The translations under genes were made by a program, and so were the position numbers. A stretch of DNA of 64,000 nt from Selaginella moellendorffii (lineage: Eukaryota; Plantae; Lycopodiophyta): positions 210,856 through 274,855 of the forward strand of contig NW_003314335.1 of the NCBI RefSeq assembly GCF_000143415.4, read 5' to 3'. Below, piece by piece: positions 62,796 through 64,000 of this stretch; position 1 is the first letter of the stretch, and every line of letters starts with the position of its first letter. Below the pieces are notes generated by a model. The model made no database searches. It was given only the letters and a program-made list of their open reading frames with translations, and was not told where the DNA came from.

Positions 62796-63480
62796 CTACC
62801 TTGAACAAACTTTATAGTCCTTGGTTCGCCTAGCCGCTACACCATTAGTCCGGCTTGCCAGACTATGTCTGCAACCACAAAATTATCTGAAGCACTTGTG
62901 TCAATAAAGATCTTAACAAATCTACCTCCAAGTTTCCCTCGAAGGGCTCGTAGATGTCGCTAACGACTCTCTACCAAAGTTGCTCGTATAATGAGTAACT
63001 TTGAGCTAGGGACTGGATCACATACCTTAGCTTGGATTTCACCTAACTTAATCGCCATATTGGCTCTGGCCTTCTTCGGGTAGGGACATTCCCTCTAAAA
63101 GTGTTCCTCGATCCCAGACTCTATCTCAAACTCGGTCTCAGAGTCGGTCTTGGACTCAATCTTTGACTTGGTCCCATCGATGAATTTTTTGTCATTACGG
63201 TCATGCTTCGGGGATCCTTTAGCCTATGACATTTCAGGGAGTTGGTTCCTTACACATAAGTTGTGCTAGGGTTGTCCACAACCTTATCATTTGGCTACTT
63301 TGCCACTCCCTCTCTTGGAGCTTTCACTTTTATCAAATTGAAGCATTTGGGAATCCATCCTTGGAAACACACTCCCTTTTTTAATATCCATTAGCATCCA
63401 ACACATTAGTGTTCTTCACCTAATGTTGCTATTTGTATTCCTTCTAACGTATTCCATGGCCCACACTTGGCCACTAATCC
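62796..63480 (-). mobile_element. Fragment of an LTR retroelement related to the interior of 39704-47199
   Basis: Reverse complement of 63250-63480 aligns with 44855-45080 (AAGAACACTAATGTGTT.G.TGCTAATGGAT...CCAAGGATGGATTCCCAA...AAAGTAGCCAAATGATA). Confidence 0.75.
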
Positions 63481-64000
63481 AGGGGGGGGAGGGGGAACAT
63501 GGCCAGGGCTAACCCAATACATGAGAATACATACATACTAGTTGCACCCATTAGCACAAAGTATTAGCCTAGTGTATTTACCCTAATACATTTTATATTG
63601 AAGTGTAAGTAGGGACAAGGGTTTCAAGTCCTAATAATTAGTCCAACTTTATTGCTTCCCACTGGCTCCTAGCTGCTGGCCATTCTCAACTCCTTGCCTT
63701 GGCTTACAACTACTCAATTATTCCAGTACTAATTGGGTGAATAAAAAAGGCTAAAAGTTTGATTAGTTTTTTGGTTGATTAATAATGTTTAAATTAAAAT
63801 CTAAATTTTGTCTCTTTTAATATTGGGTTATGGAAATATTGTTTGGACAAGGAAAGCTCAATGATAGAAACTAAACTAAAACTTCATAAGTATTTAATTT
63901 TATTAGTTAATTTAATTTACTATATATACAGCTATGGAACCCTTATGGATGTAAAATGTTTAGTGATTTTCAGAGATATGATTATAGCTGAAGATGTGAT

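Overview
Eukaryotic (land plant) nuclear DNA. Very short 40-60 nt introns, tiny intergenic spacers and intronless PPR genes built from 31-aa motifs suggest a Selaginella-like lycophyte (inference). Two gene-dense, GC-balanced blocks flank a ~25 kb AT-rich transposon island. Block 1 (1-25.3 kb) holds QPT, an ANKRD13-like gene, a C2H2-EAR zinc finger, a conserved membrane protein, a Zwint/RWD-like gene, an ECHS1-type enoyl-CoA hydratase, bTHX, a RanBP2 zinc finger, a PPR and uS15m. Block 2 (51.5-60.1 kb) holds an NAD+ carrier, a PPR and a CH-domain kinesin-14 with an AT-AC U12 intron. The island (25.9-51.3 kb) contains: a cleanly spliced, divergent B3-domain ORF; a fossil GCM/WRKY-fold MULE-like transposase; an array of eleven ~95-bp fully palindromic units; a 37-bp hairpin; and a TIR/TSD-bounded SWIM-MULE into which a complete but degenerate LTR retroelement (CTGGC TSD) has inserted. 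The most intriguing module is B3 gene + GCM-like transposase + palindromic array, which may be one undescribed transposon system. All calls were made by eye and no database searches were run.
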